IMG/VR virus record: IMGVR_UViG_3300021090_000019
Coordinates: 1,368-65,367 of that record
Source of the DNA: a virus
Lineage: Duplodnaviria; Caudoviricetes
Reading direction: 5' to 3' (one strand)
DNA length: 64,000 nt
Shown: piece by piece, positions 1 through 9,767 of the stretch
How positions within the stretch are numbered: the stretch's first letter is position 1
How the letters are laid out: every line of letters begins with the position of its first letter
Notes under the pieces: model-generated
Told to the model about the DNA's origin: nothing
The model's input: only the letters and a program-made list of their open reading frames with translations
Database searches by the model: none
Translations under genes and position numbers: made by a program

Positions 1-1807
1 GAAGCTCGGTCATTCTGGAAGCTTGCTGTTCTTTGGCGATGAGTGATGAAGAACCCTTTGCCACGATCCGAACGTCTCCGATAAGCCCCGCCATTTCTTT
101 GCGCTCGATGTTCCACCAGAATTGTCTCTGAAGGGTGTCCTCGATGACTTTTTTGTCGAGATTCTTGATGAGGAGCTTGATCCCTCTCGCGGCTTGTGTC
201 ATCAACATCGAGAGACCGGAAGCTGTGTTTCCTGCGCCGCCGACTTGTGGATCTCCGTGGGCGTAGGCCGGGACCCCAGAATGCTCGTCGGCAAGCTTCA
301 GATAGAAATTGAATACCTGAATAAGCTGTTGGGCAACGAGGGGGGGAGTGTAGAATTCAATTGCTTTCCCGCCGTTCATCATCTCGTCATTTGAGACAAA
401 CCAGCGTTTCCAGGGGACCAGGTCCGCTTTCTCTCCGGAGGCCAAACGGTCGGAGTTGATTTCAACCTGGGGACCGCTCGCCATGCCGACGTTATAAAGA
501 AGCGCTCTCGCGCAGGCATTACAGGAAGTCTGGGTATCGTCGATCACTTCAGGAAGGCCCTTCCCCCAGAAGGATCCCGGGCGTTCGATGAAAGAGAGCT
601 TGCAATAGGGCTTACAGCCCCTGGGGTCTTTGTTGAGAGATGCCTTGATGATGTGTGTACCGATCTTTAGGATGTTGACGTTGTAATAGAGGTCCTTATC
701 TGGAGCCTTCTCTTTCCATTTCATTGACCCATCGCTGTCAAATTCGTGAAGGAGTTTCGCCTTGATCGTGCCCCAATATTCGAGACAATCAACCTCCTCC
801 CATTCATTAATTGAGTCGGGATTCAGACCCTGAGCGCTGGCCTTTTCCGTATCGTTTAACGTCCAGTCCCGCAGTTTTCCCCCATCGCATTCACGGAGGA
901 CTGCGCGTAGCTCCGACTCAATAAATCCCGGTAGCCCGATCATTGATTGAATGTCTTGGGGTGTGTAGGGTAATCGGTCGAAGAGATAGCCGGAGTTGAT
1001 CCCAGTGGACCCTGGGCCCGGGTAGATGTTTAGAAAACCCCTGGCCTCATACTGACAGATATTCTCCGAGACCGTAGTTACGCTCATTATCCCTTTGTCG
1101 TTTGTCTTGACCCTCCGGAGATAATCCCTCCTGAGCATCGGACCCTTAATGATGCCCGTGTGAACGATCACGTCGGGAATGAAATCATCGACGGCATCGT
1201 ACCAGCCACCTTCCGTAAGCTGATCATTCATCTTTTCTTTCATCTCTTTGGTCTTCTCTTTGGCCTTTTCGAGAATCAGATACTTTATCTTCTTCTGAAA
1301 CTCCGGAACTTTTGCCTGCAACGATCCGATGATCTGTTCGGCATCGATCGGCTGCCCCGTCTGAACGGATTGCGACACCATGAAACTCATAGCCTCACTG
1401 TAAAATCTTGCTGTGATCTGTTCCTGGAGGCCTGCCGGGAGTTCCGGAACCGGAGTGGGTTCGATGTCCCATGGGATATTGTTGGGCTGGAAGAGGATGT
1501 CCTTTACCCATGCTTCGCAGCTTCGCGTTTTGGATTCGGTCACACCCATGAAGATTTCTGGAGCCCCAATCGCCTTGATCGCAGACAGCTTGTCAGGCTC
1601 GTATTCGTTGTCGCGGGCTCTCATGTTCTTCAGCATCTGACGTTCAAATGGGATTTTCTCCTTTTTGGCAGCTTCCCATGCCTTATCGAGAAACGCCGAA
1701 AGTGACGATACTGCAGGCGACTGGGCGGGTGGGACCGCTGCATTGGCGGAGGTCTTCTTATCTTCCTCAATAAGTTGGGTGTTGGACTTTACGATTAAGA
1801 GACCCAT
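1..1807 (-). CDS. Portal protein (3' end runs off the window)
   Basis: Own translation from ATG 1807 after SD AGGAG: MGLLIVKSN...AWEAAKKEKIPFERQMLKNMRARDNEYEPDK...KTRSCEAWVKDIL...PWDIEPTPVPELP; directly downstream of the terminase. Confidence 0.85.
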   Translation of the reverse strand, partial: MGLLIVKSNTQLIEEDKKTSANAAVPPAQSPAVSSLSAFLDKAWEAAKKEKIPFERQMLKNMRARDNEYEPDKLSAIKAIGAPEIFMGVTESKTRSCEAWVKDILFQPNNIPWDIEPTPVPELPAGLQEQITARFYSEAMSFMVSQSVQTGQPIDAEQIIGSLQAKVPEFQKKIKYLILEKAKEKTKEMKEKMNDQLTEGGWYDAVDDFIPDVIVHTGIIKGPMLRRDYLRRVKTNDKGIMSVTTVSENICQYEARGFLNIYPGPGSTGINSGYLFDRLPYTPQDIQSMIGLPGFIESELRAVLRECDGGKLRDWTLNDTEKASAQGLNPDSINEWEEVDCLEYWGTIKAKLLHEFDSDGSMKWKEKAPDKDLYYNVNILKIGTHIIKASLNKDPRGCKPYCKLSFIERPGSFWGKGLPEVIDDTQTSCNACARALLYNVGMASGPQVEINSDRLASGEKADLVPWKRWFVSNDEMMNGGKAIEFYTPPLVAQQLIQVFNFYLKLADEHSGVPAYAHGDPQVGGAGNTASGLSMLMTQAARGIKLLIKNLDKKVIEDTLQRQFWWNIERKEMAGLIGDVRIVAKGSSSLIAKEQQASRMTEL

Positions 1808-1817
1808 GGTTTTCTCC

Positions 1818-3395
1818 TTATGTCCAACCGGCGATAGAGGCTGGCGCGCTGTCCACCTGAGACGTTTGTCTCTTTGTGAAGAAGTTGCCTGTTCTCCCGG
1901 TAGCCTTCATGGCAGCATATTGTAAGGCGTCATGCGGGTGTGAGGCATCATTCTTTTCAGGCCGATCTTGGAATCGATCCTGTCCTGTGACCTGGATCCT
2001 CTTCATCCGGTACTCCCCAAGAAATCCCTTATGAAGCAACTTACAGCGGGGGTTGAGCTGCAAGGCTCCCTTGTTCCCCTCGATCCTCTGGACGAGAAGA
2101 CCATCGACGGCCCCGTATCTGGGATCCCAGGCGTTGGACCAGGCGGCATCGCCATGCTGGCCGAAAGCGTCTTTGATCTCCATGAAGGCGTTGCGCTCGT
2201 CGGAGTTATAGGATTTTCTAACTCCAGATGGATCGCCGGTGATGATGAGAGGGATTCCGTAATACTTGGCGTTGATATATGGCTTGATCACGTCCTTGAG
2301 AAAACGGCGGCTTCCCATTCCCTTCCCAAGAAATTCATCGTAGATGTGAAACCTACTGTTCGGATGTATTTGGGCCATGACACAGGCTGGATGGCTGTCG
2401 AAGTCAAATCCCAGAATGAGGGGGTAAGACCTTTTGGGATCTTCATCCTTTTCGGCAAGGTGAAAGGTATCTGACCAATTCGGGTAAACCGGGCGCCCAT
2501 CGCGAACGTAGCCGTATTTCCCATCGACATAGACGGTGATCCATGCCGGGTCTTTCCCATGCATGAGCCGGGAATAATAACCTGGATCCAGATTCGGGAG
2601 GTTTTCAGCTTCGGCGGATCTGCCGGACGGCTGTTTATAAATTGCGGTCAACGGGACGCCCTCAGCCTCAGTCTTGTTGCAGTTCGGGCAGAACTGCGGG
2701 AGGGCCCAATTCTTGGCTTCCATCCGGATCATCGTCACGGGACCGCCGTCTTTGTTCACGCAAACAGGGCAGGCCCTGGGTTTATCTTCTTCGAAAAGTT
2801 CATAGAACCAGTGATCGGTGTCGCATGGGTTCGTTTCCCCAAAGATGCCCTTCCACGTACATCCCCCATCCTGCCTTGCAGGGAATCGACCGACACGGCC
2901 CTGCATGGTATCCCAGATTATCCTGGGGATTTCACGGACCTCGTTAAACCATGCCCCGGTAAGTTCCAGGGAGAGGAGGTTTGCAACGTCATCGGGTTTG
3001 TCGAGCGGGCGGAAGAGGATTTCTGCTTCGACCGGAGACCCATCGGGGGCCTTCAGTTTGTTGAGGATAAAGTTTCTGGGGGTCTTTTCGTAGGTTCCAA
3101 ATTGGGCCATCCAATAGAGGAAGGTCCGGAGGGTCGTATCGTCGAGTTCCCTGTTCGTGTTCCGAATGACTGCCCACCGCGATCGCCTAACGCCGTCTCT
3201 GCCGGGCATCTGTTGGGCAGCCCTCCTGGGGATCTCCATGACCGCACCAGAGGACTTCCCGGACCCAAAAGGCCCCATGAGCCCACGGATTTGGGTATTG
3301 TCCAAAGCAAAACGCCCAATCGTGGGAATGTGGGTATAGTCATATTTGACGGCATATCCGGGACGGACATGACCTGAAGCACGTGGACGCGGCAT
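1818..3395 (-). CDS. terL: Terminase large subunit
   Basis: Walker A GPFGSGKS, Walker B-like AWFNE, coupling motif ETNP, nuclease GFDF and HPHDALQY. Confidence 0.95.
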   Translation of the reverse strand: MPRPRASGHVRPGYAVKYDYTHIPTIGRFALDNTQIRGLMGPFGSGKSSGAVMEIPRRAAQQMPGRDGVRRSRWAVIRNTNRELDDTTLRTFLYWMAQFGTYEKTPRNFILNKLKAPDGSPVEAEILFRPLDKPDDVANLLSLELTGAWFNEVREIPRIIWDTMQGRVGRFPARQDGGCTWKGIFGETNPCDTDHWFYELFEEDKPRACPVCVNKDGGPVTMIRMEAKNWALPQFCPNCNKTEAEGVPLTAIYKQPSGRSAEAENLPNLDPGYYSRLMHGKDPAWITVYVDGKYGYVRDGRPVYPNWSDTFHLAEKDEDPKRSYPLILGFDFDSHPACVMAQIHPNSRFHIYDEFLGKGMGSRRFLKDVIKPYINAKYYGIPLIITGDPSGVRKSYNSDERNAFMEIKDAFGQHGDAAWSNAWDPRYGAVDGLLVQRIEGNKGALQLNPRCKLLHKGFLGEYRMKRIQVTGQDRFQDRPEKNDASHPHDALQYAAMKATGRTGNFFTKRQTSQVDSAPASIAGWT

Positions 3396-3397
3396 GT

Positions 3398-3616
3398 CTA
3401 CTCCTTTTTGGGCTGGAGGCTCTTCTGGTACTCGTCAAACCCGCCAGGAGTATCGTTCTTGTAAGCTCTCGCGCGCGCGCCGCTTCTGTCGATCGGTGGG
3501 GGAGGTGGTTCGAGCGAGGTTCCCTCCTCGACTCTCTTCTTCGAACCCTTCATCGCCTTGACGGCGACGCTGATAGGCCATGGGAGTTTGTTTGCGATGT
3601 CGTTGGGGTCAGCCAT
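3398..3616 (-). CDS. Hypothetical protein
   Basis: SD AAGGAGG before MADPND; abuts terL. Confidence 0.6.
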   Translation of the reverse strand: MADPNDIANKLPWPISVAVKAMKGSKKRVEEGTSLEPPPPPIDRSGARARAYKNDTPGGFDEYQKSLQPKKE

Positions 3617-3762
3617 TGTGGTTCCTCCTTTTATGAGAATTCTATCCCTGAACAAGTTCCACAGGTGCTGTCCCCTTCCGCAACCCGGGCCGTGAATATC
3701 TTAACGGTCTTTACTTCTTAAATCCAGTGCTTATTTTCTGGTACAGGGTCTCCCATGCCATT

Positions 3763-3957
3763 CTAATGTTTCCCCTTGCGATGGCAGGAATCATGGCCTT
3801 TGTGGGTCATGGTCGATTTCCCCGACTTCCTTTCCCACTTATCAGATCCCGGGATCCCTTTGTTCACAGATTTGTAGAAGACCTCCTCGCCCTTATCCTC
3901 GCCGTAACGGCCCCTCATGTCTTTCATCGCTTCTTTTCCGGATTTTGTGAGCGGCAT
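3763..3957 (-). CDS. Small hypothetical phage protein
   Basis: SD AAGGAG; MPLTKSG...YGEDKGEEVFY. Confidence 0.65.
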   Translation of the reverse strand: MPLTKSGKEAMKDMRGRYGEDKGEEVFYKSVNKGIPGSDKWERKSGKSTMTHKGHDSCHRKGKH

Positions 3958-4025
3958 GGACTTTCTCCTTTTGTGTCAATTTCCTGTGTGCTTCCATGAG
4001 TTCCATCCTGACGATTTGTATCCCA

Positions 4026-4361
4026 TCATTTACCCCGATCAAATATCCCCTGTGCTGCGAGCCAAAGAGGACTCCTTTGCAGATCCGGCACCGGTATTGG
4101 AACGGATGACGCTTCAGGGGAAGCTTCACAAATCGGTGGGGAAGCTGGCAACTGCCTAACCTTTTCAGGTTCTTTCGGTGGTCCTGTATGATCTTCTCGA
4201 AGGCGCTCCACCCTGTCTTGGTACTGCCGGTTGATTTCTCTTTCGATCTCAGCATAGACGCTCCCGCAATAAAGACAAGAAACCTCCGCCGGGAACCGGC
4301 TAAAGGGCTTAATGATCCTCAACGGAGATCCGCACTTCTTACATTTTGGCCACTGGTCCAA
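4026..4361 (-). CDS. Zinc-ribbon protein
   Basis: CKKC...CLYC; overlaps upstream gene end. Confidence 0.5.
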   Translation of the reverse strand: MDQWPKCKKCGSPLRIIKPFSRFPAEVSCLYCGSVYAEIEREINRQYQDRVERLREDHTGPPKEPEKVRQLPASPPICEASPEASSVPIPVPDLQRSPLWLAAQGIFDRGK

Positions 4362-5109
4362 CTTTTTCCCTCACCGCATCCTCGATCGATTTCATCGGGA
4401 GTGTCTGCATCGCGTTGTCCGAACCCAAGCCCACGATGATCAGAGCCGGGCCCTCAACGCTGATTCCGGCGGGGGGCGCCCGTGGGGGTTCTTCACCTTC
4501 ACCCATCTGCAATGCTCCCGGAATTCCCCTGAAATCGACCAGTTCGTTGATCGCGCCCACAAGATCCTTCAGATCCCGGGGTGACTTGAAGCTGACCCCA
4601 AAGTTTTTAAGCCCGTCCTTCAGGGCTTCAAGCTCGGACTTCTCTTCCGCGTCCAACTCCCGTTTCTCTTTCCTGTGGATCTCAATGATCTCGGTCATCC
4701 GCTTTAGCCAGGTCATAATCGTGCCGACGACTTCAATCCCATCCTTCCGGAAGAGGCCAACTTTCCCCATGACCTCCACAATCCCAAGCCGTTTCGCGTT
4801 CTGAAGATCCTCAGCGATCCTTTCTTTCCATTTCCCGGCCTGTGCCCATGTCTGGACTGTGGTCAGGGAGACATCGAGCCAACTGGCAACGGCTTGATAC
4901 GTTCTCGTCCTGCCAAGAGACCGGTACTTCTCGAAGGCGATCTCATGCCTCTCGGTGACGGTTTTAGGGAACTTTTTGATGGTATTTGGAGAAAGCTTCT
5001 TTCCGTCGCCTCGAGGCACACCTTTCCTGACGATGGCCGAGGGGGGTTCTGCAGCATCGCTACCCTGAACGGTGGGATCCGGAAGGATCAGGTCTTCGAC
5101 TGGGATCAC
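4339..5109 (-). CDS. HTH protein, probable terminase small subunit
   Basis: AFEKYRSLGRTRTYQAVASWLDVSLTTVQTWAQAGKWKERI HTH, helical body, position upstream of terL; start uncertain. Confidence 0.6.
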   Translation of the reverse strand: MIPVEDLILPDPTVQGSDAAEPPSAIVRKGVPRGDGKKLSPNTIKKFPKTVTERHEIAFEKYRSLGRTRTYQAVASWLDVSLTTVQTWAQAGKWKERIAEDLQNAKRLGIVEVMGKVGLFRKDGIEVVGTIMTWLKRMTEIIEIHRKEKRELDAEEKSELEALKDGLKNFGVSFKSPRDLKDLVGAINELVDFRGIPGALQMGEGEEPPRAPPAGISVEGPALIIVGLGSDNAMQTLPMKSIEDAVREKVGPVAKM

Positions 5110-5393
5110 TTCTTCACCTTCGGAAACTTCATGATGATATTTTTGACCGGAAACCGCTCTTTGGCCTTCCGGCAAAGCTTGATGAACTGACGTTCTTCGA
5201 AATTCGGCGCCCCGATCGTCAAGTTGAACTCCTGGAGACGAGGCTTCGACCTGTCCCGCTTCTTGTAGGTCCGCTTCGTCATCTTCACGGTAAGACTTGG
5301 GCTCAGGAAGGCCGTAGCTTTCACGGCACTCTCAATCTGGATGGCTGAGAACAGCCTGTTGAGAAGGTCGGGCTTGATTGCTGATAAATCCAT
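5106..5393 (-). CDS. Hypothetical basic protein
   Basis: SD AAGGAG; compact operon packing. Confidence 0.6.
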   Translation of the reverse strand: MDLSAIKPDLLNRLFSAIQIESAVKATAFLSPSLTVKMTKRTYKKRDRSKPRLQEFNLTIGAPNFEERQFIKLCRKAKERFPVKNIIMKFPKVKK

Positions 5394-5439
5394 CGGGTCT
5401 CCTTTCAATTTTGAACAATGACCGGTCTTTTTTGGACAG

Positions 5440-6114
5440 TTACTTCTGAATCTTCATAGCCGGTTTTACCGGAGTTTCCTTCACGTAGGAGAAAACGGCC
5501 GTTTCCACTGAAGCCCCCCACATATTCCTTGCGCTTACTTGAAACGTGTGAGTTCCGGAGGACAGGCCTGTCAGGTCGTACCAGAGGATGATCTTGCCGG
5601 TTGCGTCAATTTTGGCCACGGAGGTAATCGTACCTTGGGCTCCATCCTTTCTGACAAGGAAATCGTCGGGAATGCCGACACCGGATCCAGGGGCATACGG
5701 ATCCGAAGTCAAGAATGTGCTTGTTCCTTGTTGTACGATTCTTAGAACCGGAAGGACGGGGATCGCTTTCGTGAAGGTCACTGGTTGGGAAGGCTCGCTG
5801 CACTTGTCTGTCTGGACACACGCAAGAGCCCTCGCCGTATAAACGCCGTTCTGGATCGTGATCTCCCACCAGAGATCAACCTTATTCTGGGCGTCCACTC
5901 GAGCCGGTATCGTCACATCCGGATGCGTTGCGAAGTCGAATTTCAAAACAAAGGTGGTGGGCATAACGAGCTGGCCCTGGGCATTGCAGCCTATTGTTCC
6001 GGGTGTGCAAGGTCCGGGGACGTATTTGTCACAGGTTAGATGCGGGAGGGCTGAAACAATCTGAGCCGTAAACATCAAAACCGCCAAAATCGTGAACAGT
6101 CTTTTCATCACCAT
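5440..6114 (-). CDS. Secreted protein with two tandem Ig/FN3-like domains
   Basis: Signal peptide MKRLFTILAVLMFTAQIVSA; internal repeat LTCD..PG/LTSD..PG and LWWEIT/LWYDLT. Confidence 0.7.
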   Translation of the reverse strand: MVMKRLFTILAVLMFTAQIVSALPHLTCDKYVPGPCTPGTIGCNAQGQLVMPTTFVLKFDFATHPDVTIPARVDAQNKVDLWWEITIQNGVYTARALACVQTDKCSEPSQPVTFTKAIPVLPVLRIVQQGTSTFLTSDPYAPGSGVGIPDDFLVRKDGAQGTITSVAKIDATGKIILWYDLTGLSSGTHTFQVSARNMWGASVETAVFSYVKETPVKPAMKIQK

Positions 6115-6186
6115 TACCTCCTTCGGTTCGAGCCGTCGACCATCGCCATTTAACGCGGGCGGGTACCTACCCCGCCCGGCAAGAGT

Positions 6187-6636
6187 TTACTTCAAGACTG
6201 CGGCGCCTGCCTCCATCCCAAGGCTCAATGCCTTCGCTCCGGCGACGTGAAGCAAAATCACGTCGGAGATGGTTTCGATACCAGACCCGAGGTCAGCGTC
6301 AGCGGAGACGAGGAAGGCCGTGTCGCCAGGGTTGTCCCCGGAGACGACCTCGAAACTCGTTCCTTCCGGGTTGAGGACGTTCACAGTCCCCTCTCCAGAC
6401 TGAACAGTGATCACTACCGGGCCGTCCAGGGGGGCAGGCTTTCCTGCACCTGTAACGGGGGCCAGGGTAACGGGGATCTTCTCTTCGTTCGTGCAGCTTA
6501 ATTCCAACATGACTCGTATCCTCCTTTTGTCTTTAAGTTCAGGCCGTCCGACCTTCCAGTTGAAGGCCCCGACCTGTGCAAAATGGTGAACTAATTCAAA
6601 CCGCTTCGGGAAATGATGGACAACGTCAATCTTCAT
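6187..6636 (-). CDS. Beta-rich hypothetical protein (second in-frame start at 6510)
   Basis: SD-preceded ATGs at 6636 and 6510. Confidence 0.6.
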   Translation of the reverse strand: MKIDVVHHFPKRFELVHHFAQVGAFNWKVGRPELKDKRRIRVMLELSCTNEEKIPVTLAPVTGAGKPAPLDGPVVITVQSGEGTVNVLNPEGTSFEVVSGDNPGDTAFLVSADADLGSGIETISDVILLHVAGAKALSLGMEAGAAVLK

Positions 6637-6656
6637 TTCAACCTCACCACCCCCTT

Positions 6657-6824
6657 TCAGGCCTCCCCTTCGATTAATTCTCCATCCCATGATCCATCGG
6701 GATGAACAGCGATCACCGTGAGGGGCACTTTCATGAAATCGGTTTCTAAATCGTTGTAGAGACGTGCCCAAACGAGCTGCCCTACCTCAACCCGGGGTGG
6801 ACGATCGACAACTGACTTGTTCAT
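6657..6824 (-). CDS. Small hypothetical protein
   Basis: MNKSVVDRPPRVEVGQLVW; ATGA overlap with upstream ORF. Confidence 0.5.
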   Translation of the reverse strand: MNKSVVDRPPRVEVGQLVWARLYNDLETDFMKVPLTVIAVHPDGSWDGELIEGEA

Positions 6825-7021
6825 CTTCTTCTCCCTTGCCCAAACATCCTCCTGTAAAAAGGGACCCTCTGAAAAGGAATCTGGGTTCCTTGGATTATCG
6901 AGAGAATAACGTCCATTGCTCCCTGGGTGACTCCCTTCGAAGACGAGCCCATGCCGCTCGCAAGGCTCCACTGTCTCCCTTTGCCTCTCGTTCTGATTCC
7001 CATCGCGCTATGCGGTTGCAT
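6821..7021 (-). CDS. Small hypothetical protein
   Basis: Fits operon packing; frame uncertain. Confidence 0.3.
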   Translation of the reverse strand: MQPHSAMGIRTRGKGRQWSLASGMGSSSKGVTQGAMDVILSIIQGTQIPFQRVPFYRRMFGQGRRR

Positions 7022-7029
7022 CGGTCCCC

Positions 7030-7302
7030 CTATTCCACAAAGAATTTGCAGCCGATATTCAGAAGCCAGGGTACGGGCCCGAAGTTTAGAGGAAACTTCT
7101 TACACCATTCTGGCTTGTCACCGTGAATCTCGCATTTTTTATCGGCGGATAGCCACTTGCACCGGAGAGGAAAGAACATCGCCTGCCCAATCAACGTCCC
7201 TCCTCGACCCTCCATCCATTTCATGTCCCATTCCGAATTGGCGGCGGGGATCCCGATGATCTCGCAACACCTCCCACACCTTTTACACTTCGCTGCGCCC
7301 AT
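7030..7302 (-). CDS. YkgJ-like cysteine-cluster protein
   Basis: CKRCGRCC...C.WL...KCEIH..KPEWCKKFP. Confidence 0.8.
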   Translation of the reverse strand: MGAAKCKRCGRCCEIIGIPAANSEWDMKWMEGRGGTLIGQAMFFPLRCKWLSADKKCEIHGDKPEWCKKFPLNFGPVPWLLNIGCKFFVE

Positions 7303-7528
7303 TCGAAAATCTCCACTGATGAACTCCAGAACCCCTTGCCACAGAAGTCACCCAGAGATCGTCGCCGATTCTCACGCCGAAAGAAGTAATGGATTTATCG
7401 TTCCATCCATCGAGGAAGACCCTCCCATTGACAACATCGTCATTCCAGACCCTGAGAATCAGCATGGGGCGATCCCCGTCTCCTGTGTTAAAAAGTACGA
7501 TCTTTCCAATTGCAACTTCTTCTTCCAT
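7283..7528 (-). CDS. Hypothetical protein (SH3-like pattern)
   Basis: SD AGGAGG; IGKIVLF...PMLILRVW...VNGRVFLDG. Confidence 0.65.
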   Translation of the reverse strand: MEEEVAIGKIVLFNTGDGDRPMLILRVWNDDVVNGRVFLDGWNDKSITSFGVRIGDDLWVTSVARGSGVHQWRFSNGRSEV

Positions 7529-7546
7529 AATTTTCCTCCTACGGGG

Positions 7547-7891
7547 TTACGATTGCCCTTCCTTTAGTTTGTCCATCCCGCCCATCGATCTTACCCTCTG
7601 ACGCATAGTCCCCAAGGGGATCCCAAGACTTTTGGCGGTAAGAGTTTGATTCCAGGCATTCTCGGCAAGGGCCTTCACGATATCATCTTTGGTCGTGTGC
7701 TTATACCTAAGATTACCGTGTAGCTTATGCTCTATCTGCCGCTTGTTGTTCGAGTTGTCCTGGGTCGGACTGTGCATCGTGATCGTCCCGATGGAGATAA
7801 CATTGATCGTTACTCCATCGGGATTGGAGCCAAGTACCTGCCTCAGTATTTGGGCCGCGATCTGAGGTTCCTGCGTGATTTTTGTGTCCAT
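7547..7891 (-). CDS. Stand-alone Fis-type (HTH_8) DNA-binding protein
   Basis: C-terminal IVKALAENAWNQTLTAKSLGIPLGTMRQRV matches the Fis/bEBP HTH; no AAA+ domain. Confidence 0.8.
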   Translation of the reverse strand: MDTKITQEPQIAAQILRQVLGSNPDGVTINVISIGTITMHSPTQDNSNNKRQIEHKLHGNLRYKHTTKDDIVKALAENAWNQTLTAKSLGIPLGTMRQRVRSMGGMDKLKEGQS

Positions 7892-7920
7892 TGCTCACAC
7901 CTTTCAATCGATATGTAAAT

Positions 7921-8292
7921 TCATTGGAGCGATATGCTCAGGTTCCGGGGCGCTGGCGGAGGCATCACGTCCGTGTTGTAGGGGTATAAAGCCTCTACCG
8001 AATCCAGGCTCCAGTTATTATTGGTATCCCCAGCCTGGAGGACAAATTTCAGCGTTCCTGTCGATCCATCCGGGACCGTCACCGAGAAATTGTGGGATGT
8101 AGTCGGGTGCGCGATTGTTCCAATTAGCGTCCTCGTCCCGTCCGTCCGGTAGAGACGGTACGAGGCCATGTCGGGCTCGGTGTTCGCGGTCCAGGTGGCT
8201 CGGAGATTCAACGTAGCCGCTTCCGAAGAAACAATCCAGACACAAATCGCCACAGCCAGTAGTACCAAAAACGCCTTCAGTATTTCTTTCAT
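7921..8292 (-). CDS. Secreted FN3-like protein
   Basis: Signal peptide; WTANTEPDMASYRLY...PPPAPRNL. Confidence 0.75.
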   Translation of the reverse strand: MKEILKAFLVLLAVAICVWIVSSEAATLNLRATWTANTEPDMASYRLYRTDGTRTLIGTIAHPTTSHNFSVTVPDGSTGTLKFVLQAGDTNNNWSLDSVEALYPYNTDVMPPPAPRNLSISLQ

Positions 8293-8409
8293 GTTTCCTC
8301 CCTCCTCCCCGTTACTGGGATTGCCTCTCATGGGCAGCCCCGTTACTCCTCCTACACGTGGCAGGCGAGCTGTTTGATGCCGGGTTTTCCGGCTGAAGCC
8401 CTGATCCAC

Positions 8410-8706
8410 TCAGGGGAATCTCGTCTTCTCCATATCGATCTCTACCTCTGCCTCCAAGATCGCGCGAGTAAGATCCGACTTCATTCCGGCGGCAACGATG
8501 ATAAAAAGGGCCCGACGTTCCCGGTCCGACGTGAGTTTCTCCGGAAGCGTCCCGTATTTGGCGAGGACCGATCGACGACGCGCGGTCCCAAGTTTGTAGT
8601 AGCGGTGCCTGAGCGCGGTGAATTCATCATCAGCTTCAAGCTCCATTCGTTTTTCAGGCGTCATCTCTTCAGACATGGTCCATCTCCTTGAGCACATCAC
8701 CATCAT
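8410..8706 (-). CDS. Hypothetical protein
   Basis: ORF in operon; start uncertain. Confidence 0.5.
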   Translation of the reverse strand: MMVMCSRRWTMSEEMTPEKRMELEADDEFTALRHRYYKLGTARRRSVLAKYGTLPEKLTSDRERRALFIIVAAGMKSDLTRAILEAEVEIDMEKTRFP

Positions 8707-8784
8707 GAAACGGGATAACCTCTGTGTCGCCCTTAACGGTGACAGCTAAAATCTTGAGACAGGGTCCTCTGGGAAAAAGCTCTT

Positions 8785-9069
8785 TTAGGATACGCCGCCG
8801 GGGTTGATTTTTGGCATATCTGAAGCCCCATACACTCGCGGTCCTTTCCTTATGTCCTCGATCATCTTCGCGAGCAGAGTGGTCTGGGCCTGTAACGACT
8901 GCATCGCCCTGAATATGATATCGAGCTGGAGCGCGGACAGAATCCGAGCAAGCCTTTCCGGGTCCATTCCCTCCACCTGCATATCGACCTTCCCCTTTTC
9001 GTCGATCATGATCACGGCCGCCAGCGGGCCGAACGAGGGCTTCTTCTCCAGCGGTTCCTTCAACGGCAT
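8785..9069 (-). CDS. Hypothetical protein
   Basis: SD AGGAGG. Confidence 0.6.
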   Translation of the reverse strand: MPLKEPLEKKPSFGPLAAVIMIDEKGKVDMQVEGMDPERLARILSALQLDIIFRAMQSLQAQTTLLAKMIEDIRKGPRVYGASDMPKINPGGVS

Positions 9070-9102
9070 AAATCCTCCTGAGTGAATTGGAATAACGAAG
9101 AG

Positions 9103-9501
9103 TCATCGGGTTTTCCTCCGGGGACGAAAAACGTAGTCAAAGGTTTCCGGCGACTTGGAAACTTCAAGGCCGTATTCCAAACAGAGAGATCTGACGAAAT
9201 CATAGTTGCCCGCCGGTTTGCACCCGTCTACAAGGGCGAAAGCCGAAACCTGTGCGTAACCCCATCGATCGACAGAAACTAAAATGTCATCCACTACCTT
9301 GTTGCCGGTGCAGTATAGAACGCGACACTCAGCGAGAACTGTGACCCTATGATCGCGGGGGAGAGAGGACAAACTTCTCGTAATCTCAATCGGGTCTTTG
9401 CCAAGAAAAATGGAGGGGTCCTGCGAGCCTTCATCGATCCAAGATTTATGATTACGCCCAAGAGGTCCCGCTTCAGTGCTAAAAATGGAAGCCATCTCCA
9501 C
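9103..9501 (-). CDS. Hypothetical protein
   Basis: First ORF after the minus-strand promoter; SD-like GAGGGGTGGAG. Confidence 0.45.
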   Translation of the reverse strand: MEMASIFSTEAGPLGRNHKSWIDEGSQDPSIFLGKDPIEITRSLSSLPRDHRVTVLAECRVLYCTGNKVVDDILVSVDRWGYAQVSAFALVDGCKPAGNYDFVRSLCLEYGLEVSKSPETFDYVFRPRRKTR

Positions 9502-9719
9502 CCCTCAAAAAGTAGGAAAAAAAAATATAAAAAACGGGGATCGAAAAAAGCCAAATAATAGGAAGTCGGGAATTCGTCGATGCGAAGGAGAGTGTCTTGG
9601 GAGCGGCGGACCATGGACGCGCGGGGGTACGTGACGACTGGTGGGGGTGGTCGCGACACGCGCCCGCCTGCCCGCACAACACGTTGCCACTCTTTTTTCT
9701 CTTCCGTTCCATCACGGAC

Positions 9720-9748
9720 CTTCTATCACACGCGAAAGAGGATGTCAA
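9720..9748 (-). promoter_or_regulatory. Sigma-70-type promoter
   Basis: TTGACA-17-TAGAAG on the minus strand. Confidence 0.55.
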
Positions 9749-9767
9749 GGGCTTTCTCTCCACCCGT

